This document shows, one piece after another, positions 50,384 through 61,300 of a stretch of 64,000 bases of DNA. Origin of the DNA: Macrostomum hystrix. Its lineage: Eukaryota; Animalia; Platyhelminthes. The notes below the pieces were generated by a model. That model had not been told where the DNA came from and ran no database searches. It saw only the letters and a program-made list of their open reading frames with translations. A program made the translations under genes and the position numbers. Location of the stretch: assembly GCA_950097015.1 (NCBI GenBank), contig CATNEN010000038.1, positions 30,752,001 through 30,816,000 of the forward strand, written 5' to 3'. The stretch's first letter is position 1. Each line of letters opens with the position of its first letter.

Positions 50384-51949
50384 GTAAGCAAATGCTTTGG
50401 AAGAAATTTATAATTTAGCTGTCTATGTCAGGACTGCGATTGAGAGACCGGGCTTATAAAGCCTGAGTTTGAATGACAAAACCCGAGATTGAATGGCACA
50501 GAGCCATAGTCTATGGGCCAAACCGCGCCAACTGGCTGGATTAATACAATGGGGGCTGAGTATGAATGACAAAACACTGAGATTGAATGGCAAAAGCTAT
50601 ACTGATGAATGCTCTGATAAATTACATCGTCGACTTTTCGTCTATGGTAAAATAACATCTTGCACATTCGAGTTAAAGGGATTTAAGTGGCTATAGCCCC
50701 ACGAAATTTTCCAATGATGCAATAACGGTCTATAATGACTGATACGGCGCACGATATGTTAAGCCAGATAAAAAAAAATTTGCACCATAGGTGCATCATA
50801 TTAAAATTTCCTTATTCTAATGTATAATAATATGAGCGTGTGAAATTAGATTTCATCATCACGCACATGATACTAGGTCAAGGACTACAAGACTCAGAAG
50901 TCGCAGAAAACGAGTTTAAGAGATGCACTGATAGTAATAGCATAATACTTCTAAAGCATTTTTATTATGTACTTTGGGCGTTTGGCTTACAGGATAATGA
51001 ACAAAGTTGCAGGGGTTTCCGCAAAATTGAAAGAATGTTTCACACAAGGCTTCTAATGACCATTTGCACCTTCGGGTGGCAAAGTGCTTGAACTGCAAGT
51101 TAAAGCCTCAAATGAAAAACTGCAGCAATGCGTTAACTACACCAATTTAAAGGCCATTGGACTTCAGCATTTTCCTCTCTTTTTCCTTGTGAGAAAATCC
51201 TATTCTCGAGGCCGAAAGTGCGCCAGAATTGCCATAAATTTTCTTTCCCAGTGACCCCAGTTTGTCTGGTTCGACAGTGCCTGCAGACTGGAATACATAT
51301 ATACGCGGCAGGGAACGCTTTGCCTAGAATGGAATTGCAGAAGGACTGATTTATTCATTCCGCCTTAGGACTGAGTGTGTGAGAGTGGAAAAACAAAATG
51401 AAGAAGCAGTTGTTAACGTCACACCAGGCTCAGAACAGCAGAAAGCGAATGACGATGCGATGAAGAAGTGCAGAGACAGAGTGATGGAGTGAGAGAATAA
51501 AGCACTAAAAACCATCGCAATAGTTTTGGACTAGACAACTTTTTTGCGTTACTGCCTGCGAAAAATTATATTGCTATTTAGATATGATTGCCCAGACAAA
51601 AAACCTGGATTAGATGATCTATGTAAATCAATTTCAATGGTCCGTGGTTCCAAAACAGAAATAAATTTATAGAAGCAATTTAAAGTTCGCTTTAAAAGTG
51701 ACAAAGAAATGACTGGATGCCAGGGAAGACGAAGCATATGCTTGGTCAAAGACAACAGAGCGAGCCTTCTATTTTCATTTTCCGGTTCTGACTAAACCAT
51801 TTTGCCACCATCCAGGGGGCAATGAACGCAATCTCTTTCATTTGTAACAGGTATACCTGTTACACCCATAGCAGACGAAGAATGTCCCTTCAGCAGCAAA
51901 GAAATTTTGTGCCCCAGCATCAAAGAAACCAATATCCAACGCACAAGAG

Positions 51950-52142
51950 AACAATGTACCCCCATTTAGCAGAACAATGTCCCCCATTTAGCAGAGAACA
52001 ATGTCCCCTATTTAGCAGAGAACAATGTCCCCCATTTAGCTGAGAACAATAGCCCCCATTTAGGAGAGAACAATGTCCCCCCATTTAGCTGAGAACAATA
52101 GCCCCCATTTAGCAGAGAACAATTTCCCCCATTTAGCAGAGA
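51950..52142. repeat. ~24-bp tandem repeat (CCCATTTAGCAGAGAACAATGTCC)n
   Basis: About 8 units. Confidence 0.9.
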
Positions 52143-52400
52143 TAAAAATTTAAATCTGAACTATAATCCCTGTTTTTGCTTTTCGAAGTTTAATTCACTT
52201 TTTTGTGCACTTTTTAACGACTTGTTGAAGTTTTATCTGAGTTTTAGTGAGCATAGAAAAACATATGTATCTTTAAACCTTTAAAGCTTGTCTATGGAAA
52301 AGATTGTCTTATTATAATGCAAGTTGTATTTAAAAATCTGTTCTTTTCCTAATTAAATCAGTAATAATTCAGCAAATTCAACTGCACACAAAGAAGTGAT

Positions 52401-53987
52401 ATGCCCGCAAAGGTGCTGCCTTCGTCCCGTGCGAGGCGCGGTTCAAAGAGGCGTCGCCAGCAGCGCGGCAGCCTCCCAAGTTTTTTGGCGCAAGCTCGAC
52501 GCAAATTACAAACGCGTCGTCCAAGATTTTCGATGGAAACTGGCAGCGGCCCAATGAGACACAAAGACAAAAATCTGATGTGCTACCAGTTTACCGACAA
52601 CGAATCATCGCGATCAGAAAACAGCAATGCCGACGGAAGCAGCGGCGGTGACAGTGCGTGTTGCGACCAGGACGAAGCGAGAAATTCCCGCAGTCCGATA
52701 TCTCATTTCACTAGAGAACGCCGAGACGTAGACTGCCTGAGCGATATTTCTAGCACAAATTGTAGCTCAGAGTCCTACTTTCGACGAGAGTACCAACGCA
52801 TCCTGCAGAATAGTTGGGACAACAAACGATCGCACCGATCGCCGTCATCAAAGGACCAAATTTCAACGCGAAATGTGCAGCCACAGCAGCGTTACTCAAC
52901 TCGATCAATGCGATTATGCTGCCATCACATGCGGCAGCTGTCAGAACACGACACATGTACTCAAAATGCCACAGACGAGCAATCAAGCTGCCGAATTCCT
53001 TACCAAGCAGTAGTTTCCCCGCTAGAGTCGTCGGAGACTGAGGACGAGCAAGCGATGGAGCGCACCCATACTATCAGAAGGGATAACGATAGACGCTTGA
53101 TGAGGCTAGCAGAGCAGAACTGCAACTCTTCAAACAGGCAGCAGTGCCGTCCGCAGCAAAGACCGCCACAGACTGAGAGGCGTACTGAATTCCTTGATTC
53201 TTCAGATCGACCTCAAAGACTTTCGCTGCCATTTCCCTCTCGCTCACCTTCACCATTTGCACTGCCTTTTGTCCAGCAGCAGCAGCAGCAGCAGCCGATG
53301 TCACAACAGCACCAGTCGCAGCGCAGCGATAAGAAGAACTGGATATACGAATCCACAGACGGAGAGAACAAACGGAGAGAACCCAAGATAGATAGAATCT
53401 ATTTTGACGACCAAAACAGACACGGAAAGTTTCGGCAAGAATTTCAGCAGTGGTCTGGCCTAAGTTCGCATAGAAGGCATCAGTGGCAACAGCAAAAGCA
53501 ACACCAGCAACAACTGGAGCCTCATCTAAACAGCATTTATTCTAGTCATCAAACTGACAACGAGCCCGGTTCTTCTGGACGAATTTTAAGTCGTCAAAGG
53601 CGAGAGAATGCTTGTTCGCTGTGTGAGATTAGCGACAACAACGAAGGCTACAACTCGGACGCCCCATTAACAGATTCAGAAAGATACAGGCTGCGAGTTG
53701 CCGAAGGATTAAGTAGAAGCAGATCACAACATAAGCTGATGCCGCAGCAATCTGATCGATTGAATTCGTCGTCTAATTCGAATCACTGGTGTCCAGCTGG
53801 TAGTCGACTATCGCCACGCCAGAGCCATCGGGAAACACTCTTCAAGTGCCCCTATATGAAGCTTGCACTGCACGCGCAGATCTTCGAGTGCGAAGAGTGC
53901 TCTGCGAAGAGATCTCATCAAAGTAACTTGCGGTGGCCTCGGAATCGACTAGATAAAGGCGATTTACCGCAAGACATATTTTTTTAA
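52401..53987 (+). CDS. Uncharacterised R/S/Q-rich, largely low-complexity protein
   Basis: 528-codon ORF with higher GC than its flanks and not explained by a tandem repeat; no recognisable domain. Confidence 0.65.
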   Translation: MPAKVLPSSRARRGSKRRRQQRGSLPSFLAQARRKLQTRRPRFSMETGSGPMRHKDKNLMCYQFTDNESSRSENSNADGSSGGDSACCDQDEARNSRSPISHFTRERRDVDCLSDISSTNCSSESYFRREYQRILQNSWDNKRSHRSPSSKDQISTRNVQPQQRYSTRSMRLCCHHMRQLSEHDTCTQNATDEQSSCRIPYQAVVSPLESSETEDEQAMERTHTIRRDNDRRLMRLAEQNCNSSNRQQCRPQQRPPQTERRTEFLDSSDRPQRLSLPFPSRSPSPFALPFVQQQQQQQPMSQQHQSQRSDKKNWIYESTDGENKRREPKIDRIYFDDQNRHGKFRQEFQQWSGLSSHRRHQWQQQKQHQQQLEPHLNSIYSSHQTDNEPGSSGRILSRQRRENACSLCEISDNNEGYNSDAPLTDSERYRLRVAEGLSRSRSQHKLMPQQSDRLNSSSNSNHWCPAGSRLSPRQSHRETLFKCPYMKLALHAQIFECEECSAKRSHQSNLRWPRNRLDKGDLPQDIFF

Positions 53988-54413
53988 TACTAACGCTAAG
54001 ACCTATAATTTCAATTTGGGATTCAGATTGAGTAAAAGCACATTGCTTTTCAGACTTCAGAAAAACATAATATTAAGCCATGCAATTTTTCTATTTTCTG
54101 GTTGTTGCATAAGTGTTGGATTATTTGAAATTTTACTTATAGCGGTGTGAAAAGGTACAATTATTTTTCGATACAGATGTGTATTAATTTCTTATGAAGT
54201 TATCCTGCATTTATCACTTTGTTTTTTGCTCAAAGTCGTTTCTGTTTTCATATTCTTTTGTTTCCCCAATAGTTCCTGTGACCTTGTCGAAGGGACATGT
54301 ACTGCTTAAGTATTATACTACCGTGCCATGTATCACAGCACTACTACATTACGTAGCTACAAGAAATCATGCTAACATTGAAACTTTGTGAGTTGTTGGT
54401 TATGATTAAAGTC

Positions 54414-57400
54414 AGTTTCAAACTGAGGGATAGTTGTCAATCTGAGGGATAGTTGTCAATCTGAGGGATAGTTGTCAATCTGAGGGATAGTTGTCAATCT
54501 GAGGGATAGTTGTCAATCTGAGGGATAGTTGTCAAACTGAGGGATGGGAGTCAAACTGAGGGATGGTAGTCAAACTGAGGGATGGTAGTCAAACTGAGGG
54601 ATGGTTGTCAAACTGAGGGATGGTTGTCAAACTGAGGGATGGTTGTCAAACTGAGGGATGGTTGTCAAACTGAGGGATGGTAGTCAAACTGAGGGATGGT
54701 TGTCAAACTGAGGGATAGTTGTCAAACTGAGGGATAGTTGTCAAACTGAGGGATGGTTGTCAAACTGAGGGATGGTAGTCAAACTGAGGGATAGTTGTCA
54801 AACTGAGGGATGGTTGTCAAACTGAGGGATAGTTGTCAAACTGAGGGATGGTAGTCAAACTGACGGATGGTAGTCAAACTGACGGATGGTAGTCAAACTG
54901 AGGGATAGTTGTCAAACTGAGGGGTGGTAGTCAAACTGACGGATAGTTGTCAAACTGACGGATGGTAGTCAAACTGACGGATGGTTGTCAAACTGACGGA
55001 TGGTAGTCAAACTGAGGGATGGTTGTCAAACTGACGGATGGTAGTCAAACTGAGGGATGGTTGTCAAACTGACGGATGGTTGTCAAACTGACGGATGGTA
55101 GTCAAACTGAGGGGTGGTTGTCAAACTGAGGGATGGTTGTCAAACTGAGGGATACTTGTCAAACTGACGGATGGTTGTCAAACTGAGGGATGGTAGTCAA
55201 ACTGAGGGATGGTTGTCAAACTGACGGATGGTAGTCAAACTGAGGGATGGTTGTCAAACTGACGGATGGTAGTCAAACTGAGGGATGGTTGTCAAACTGA
55301 CGGATGGTTGTCAAACTGAGGGATGGTTATCAAACGGAGGGATGGTTGTCAAACTGAGGGATACTTGTCAAACTGACGGATGGTTGTCAAACTGACGGAT
55401 GGTAGTCAAACTGAGGGATGGTTGTCAATCTGAGGGATGGTTGTCAAACTGAGGGATGGTTGTCAATCTGAGGGATGGTTGTCAATCTGAGGGATGGTTG
55501 TCAATCTGAGGGATGGTTGTCAAACTGAGGGATAGTTGTCAATCTGAGGGATGGTTGTCAAACTGAGGGATACTTGTCAAACTGAGGGATGGTTGTCAAA
55601 CTGCCGGATGGTAGTCAAACTGAGGGATGGTTGTCAAACTGAGGGATGGTTGTCAAACTGAGGGGTGGTTGTCAAACTGAGGGATAGTTGTCAATCTGAG
55701 GGATGGTTGTCAAACTGAGGGATAGTTGTCAATCTGAGGGATGGTTGTCAAACTGAGGGATAGTTGTCAAACTGAGGGATGGTTGTCAATCTGAGGGATG
55801 GTTGTCAAACTGAGGGATAGTTGTCAATCTGAGGGATGGTTGTCAAACTGAGGGATAGTTGTCAAACTGAGGGATGGTTGTCAATCTGAGGGATGGTTGT
55901 CAAACTGACGGATGGTAGTCAAACTGAGGGATGGTTGTCAAACTGAGGGATGGTTGTCAAACTGAGGGGTGGTTGTCAAACTGAGGGATAGTTGTCAAAC
56001 TGAGGGATGGTTGTCAAACTGAGGGATGGTTGTCAAACTGACGGATGGTTGTCAAACTGAGGGATGGTTGTCAAACTGAGGGATAGTTGTCAAACTGAGG
56101 GATGGTTGTCAAACTGAGGGATAGTTGTCAAACTGAGGGATGGTAGTCAAACTGAGGGATAGTTGTCAATCTGAGGGATAGTTGTCAAACTGAGGGATGG
56201 TTGTCAAACGGAGGGATAGTTGTCAAACTGAGGGATGGTTGTCAAACTGAGGGATGGTTGTCAAACTGAGGGATAGTTGTCAAACTGAGGGATGGTTGTC
56301 AAACTGAGGGATGGTAGTCAAACTGAGGGATAGTTGTCAAACTGAGGGATGGTTGTCAAACGGAGGGATAGTTGTCAATCTGAGGGATGGTTGTCAAACT
56401 GACGGATGGTAGTCAAACTGAGGGATGGTTGTCAAACTGAGGGATGGTTGTCAAACTGAGGGGTGGTTGTCAAACTGAGGGATAGTTGTCAATCTGAGGG
56501 ATGGTTGTCAAACTGAGGGATAGTTGACAATCTGAGGGATGGTTGTCAAACTGAGGGATACTTGTCAAACTGAGGGATGGTTGTCAAACTGACGGATGGT
56601 AGTCAAACTGAGGGATGGTTGTCAAACTGAGGGATGGTTGTCAAACTGAGGGGTGGTTGTCAAACTGAGGGATAGTTGTCAATCTGAGGGATGGTTGTCA
56701 AACTGAGGGGTGGTTGTCAAACTGAGGGATAGTTGTCAATCTGAGGGATGGTTGTCAAACTGAGGGATAGTTGTCAATCTGAGGGATGGTTGTCAAACTG
56801 AGGGATAGTTGTCAAACTGAGGGATGGTTGTGAATCTGAGGGATGGTTGTCAAACTGAGGGATAGTTGTCAATCTGAGGGATGGTTGTCAAACTGAGGGA
56901 TAGTTGTCAAACTGAGGGATGGTTGTCAATCTGAGGGATGGTTGTCAAACTGACGGATGGTAGTCAAACTGAGGGATGGTTGTCAAACTGAGGGATGGTT
57001 GTCAAACTGAGGGGTGGTTGTCAAACTGAGGGATAGTTGTCAAACTGAGGGATGGTTGTCAAACTGAGGGATGGTTGTCAAACTGACGGATGGTTGTCAA
57101 ACTGAGGGATGGTTGTCAAACTGAGGGATAGTTGTCAAACTGAGGGATGGTTGTCAAACTGAGGGATAGTTGTCAAACTGAGGGATGGTAGTCAAACTGA
57201 GGGATAGTTGTCAATCTGAGGGATAGTTGTCAAACTGAGGGATGGTTGTCAAACGGAGGGATAGTTGTCAAACTGAGGGATGGTTGTCAAACTGAGGGAT
57301 GGTTGTCAAACTGAGGGATAGTTGTCAAACTGAGGGATGGTTGTCAAACTGAGGGATGGTAGTCAAACTGAGGGATAGTTGTCAAACTGAGGGATGGTTG

Positions 57401-57622
57401 TCAAACGGAGGGATAGTTGTCAAACTGAGGGATGGTTGTCAAACTGAGGGATGGTAGTCAAACTGAGGGGTGGTTGTCAAACTGACGGATGGTAGTCAAA
57501 CTGAGGGATGGTTGTCAAACTGAGGGATGGTTGTCAAACTGAGGGATGGTTGTCAAACTGAGGGGTGGTTGTCAAACTGAGGGATGGTTGTCAAACTGAG
57601 GGATTGTTGTCAATCTGAGGGA
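54414..57622. repeat. 19-bp minisatellite (CTGAGGGATGGTTGTCAAA)n, ~3.2 kb
   Basis: Direct reading; contains an internal duplication with 1045-bp offset. Confidence 0.98.
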
Positions 57623-58391
57623 TAATTATCACACTAAAGGATGGCTGCAAAACGAAGGAATTATCAAACTAAGAGATTTGTACTGGAAGATCCTGTACGT
57701 TCTACCAGCAAAAATGTGCGCAAAAATAAATGAATTAAATATTGATCAATTCTAGTGCTTCTATGCATAAAATTATTATGCAAAATCAATTTGAAGCCAT
57801 TGCTAACTGTTGCTTTTATTTGGGTGAAAAAAAAATATGTGACACACGAAGCTGAATACAGAAACCATTTTTTTCGCTGATTAAATAAAATGTGATTAAA
57901 ACATTCGCAACATAGTACTGAGTAGAGATAATTATAGAAACCCAATAGAGAGATAATTCTGTAACAGTAGTCCCTTTCAACGTCACATTAAGTATATGAA
58001 CTGTTGTAATCCAAAATATGAAATTGGCATCACTTTAAATGGTCACAGAGGATGTTATGACAAGCCAAATTTTTTGTCTTAAAAAATCATACCGCAATAA
58101 AAGTGTCCGATGAGTAAGAGATTTACTTTTTAGTGAGTAGATGTGTTAGAAATGAGAAAACTTTAATAGCACATGCTGATATCATGCAGATGCAAACAAT
58201 TAATAAAATGTGGCTACAAAGAAATAAATAAATTAATGTTTTGGAGATTCAATTGGGACATGCGGAAATCATATTTTTTGTTAACAAATTAGGCAATTAA
58301 AATAAATAAATTATTGAGTGAATAGTACCAAATGTCCGTTACATCACACAACTCATCAAATCAGACGGCACCAATTGCACAGACCCGGGAC

Positions 58392-61300
58392 TCAGGTGTT
58401 CTCCTGAATGAGCTGAACTCCGTCAGTGCCCGCTGCAGCCCGGTAGGAGAGCTGCTGCAATCGTTGACTCCCACTGGCGCACAACCGGACGGAGTACAAG
58501 ATTCTAGCCCGAAACATAAACCCTACCGCCAGCAGGTTGAACACAGTCAGGATGACCAGTGCGACAATCAGCGAGGGTGCAATAGAGCCAGCGCCAGCTG
58601 CAAACATTATAATATCATATGACATATCATTTGGAAATAGTAGACCAACAACCAGTGAGGAGGCAATTCTGCCCGTTTCGCTGACTCCTGAGCATACACG
58701 CAAACAGATACCGTACGCAGGCACACGCTCAGACAGGTGTGTACATCTGCCCTGACTCTATCATCGTCAAATACAGAGGCACTCTCCTGGAGGTTGGCCC
58801 TCGAGGGCGTAAATTGCACGACAAGCCCCCCTAAGCCTTCTCTCCGCGGCTGCGCCCCAAATGAATGTGGCCTCTCTGCAGAATCGAGCTCAGGGACATT
58901 GGTGCGAGAGGCAAATGTTGTTTTGCTGATTTTCTCCGTTTGCTTTCTTGTGGTGATGTAGTGAATTGTGCCTAAACGAAGTACTTTAGTTAGTATTTAA
59001 GCACTTTATGAACTGCCTCGCCCTCTCACCCTCCTCTCCGTCTCTGCTCTGTTTGCCCTGAGCCGCCACCTGATTGGCTGTGCGCGGGCATTACGAGTCT
59101 CTCGTAAGTCTCTCGACCCCTTTCCCAGCCCTGCGTGGCTTTTCCCCTCCTGCCAATCAGCTCTGCGTAGCTCTGCCCGTCCACCCGGCCAGCGCGTAGA
59201 ACTCCTTGCGCACTGGCGTCTTGACCTTGGCGTGTGCGCATCGCATGAATAAACCAGATTGAACTGGCTCTGCATGAATCGCTCGTTTCCCGTCCAGAGA
59301 ATCTATTAGTTCCTGAACTCACCTCTAAGGCCTTCGATTGCTGCCCCCGAGTTCGGACACACTGACACGGAGAACCGAGCACGGAAGCCGGACCTGACGC
59401 CGCTATACACAATGCTTATTCCGCTGCCGGCTGCCTTCGGGCTCAGAGTGGTGGTGAAGTTGATTGCTGAGGAGCCACAAATCTCACGCTGACTGTGTAA
59501 AACTGAATCTGCCAGAACGTCGGGCTGAGACCAGGTCAGCATGAGCTGTTCCACACCGCAGGTGGTGCTGAATTTTTCCAGCTCCACGTGCAGCTTCCAG
59601 CACTGTACTCGAGCTGCATCGGTCCTGAAGACTCCGGTCCGATTGGCGATTTGAGCAATAGCGACTGAGTCCAGTTGGAGCTTGCAGTTAGTCTGAGTGT
59701 TGTCAGGAGCAAGCGTGACAGTTCTGGACAGCTCTGCGCCATCTTTACTCATCTGCCACTGCTCAGCAGAACCGGGCAATCGCTCGCAGACTTGCACTAG
59801 CCGGTAATAATAATTCAATTATGGAAAACAGTTGCATCAGTGGTGAACTCAAAAAAGCAATCTGACTATGGCAAATTGAGCTCACCCTGAGTGACTGAAA
59901 CCACAAAATCCACGTCTGCGTTCATCCACTGCAGTTCGGAGAGACCATCGCCTAACGCAGGATTTTGCAAGCCAGATTTCAGGTAAGTCAGGTCGATGGT
60001 CAGGGACTCGTCTCCTCTGACTCGAACTTTGTCCTGCAGGCCCAGGCCACCCGGTGAGTCGTGATCGCAGAGACTCAACTGCCGTGTCTCGCGATTGCGG
60101 ATTGAGTAAAAGGAGAAGCTCAGCTTTGGCTGCTCGACTAGCGAACTAATTTCCGAACACAACTGCTGCTGGTATTCGTTTCTGAATGGCGTCTGAAGAT
60201 CCACAATTAGCTCATATCCCGCTGGAGGAGTCATGCTTATAGTGCAGTAAAAAAAAATTCTGTGAAAAAATGGAACCGGCGCGGGACTGTAAAATGGAAG
60301 GCGCGCTTTCCACGATGTGCGCCGGGTCGGGGGACTTTCGCAAATTCGACCCATCTCTGAAACAGGTTTCATTTTTCGTATAAAAATACAGACAGGCCAT
60401 GTTTTGTTAAAGTACAGAATAATTCATTCGACATTCTCAACTCGCACTTGTAATAAGCGTGATCAGTTCCACAACCAATGTAAATCCTCCGGTCGCATTC
60501 GCTTCAAAGGTGAGTGGAACAGTCATAGGTAAGTTGGTTGTTAAGGCCTCCCCATTGCAAGGGACCGCTCTAACTGATAGGTCCTTCTTCACAATATGAA
60601 TCTGACCCTCAGTCAGGGTGCAGTTAGCTGACACTCTAACCGTTTGGGTGCTATGTATGAACTGAAATAAAGGCGGTAAGTGGTATTTATGTTGTTGAAG
60701 TTGTTTCTTTATTGCGAGAAGCACAATACGGTGTAATCAGATTTACTCACGCCATATGGCCCCGTGTTGAATTTAGGTTTCAGTAAAACACTGCCGATGC
60801 AGTCAGTTGCAGACTTAATCGTGACCTGCTTCACAGATACCATACGAGAGTCCGGTTGTTCTTCAATTATAATGTTCCTCTTGGCGACTGTCTGCTTTGC
60901 CGAGCACACTAAAATTAAAGACGATATCAAAAAGGCGCTTTAACACAGTAGCGCTACCAGCGGGGATTTCCCCAACCCCCTGAAAATTTACGTGCTGCAC
61001 TCGAACGAGCCAATTTATTGTTGCGCATCTTCTGAAAACAAGAATCAAGTCACAAGCTCTTCAGACCGTCGAGATATTCAACGGTTCGGGCCGAAGGCCA
61101 GATTTTTCCATAAGAGCTAGTGTATTTCATACACTCCTATACACGAATTTAAACTGCGACTCAATGCGGACCTGCCAGGCCTTCAAACTTTATCAGCACG
61201 TAACCCGAATGTACCTGCATCATCTCCTACGTCTGTAGTCATGCACCTTTATCTATCTGTGCTTATGGAGCTGCTGGACCAGCCGAATATGGACACCCTG

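Noticed and set aside
58598-58724. N-terminal part of ORF 58392-58724 as coding
   Set aside because: It lies in a SINE copy upstream of the TTTGCAG acceptor at 58598.
59010-59240. GC-rich intronic patch with inverted CTGATTGG/CCAATCAG as a promoter or MITE
   Set aside because: No definable termini, TSD or linked ORF; not enough evidence.
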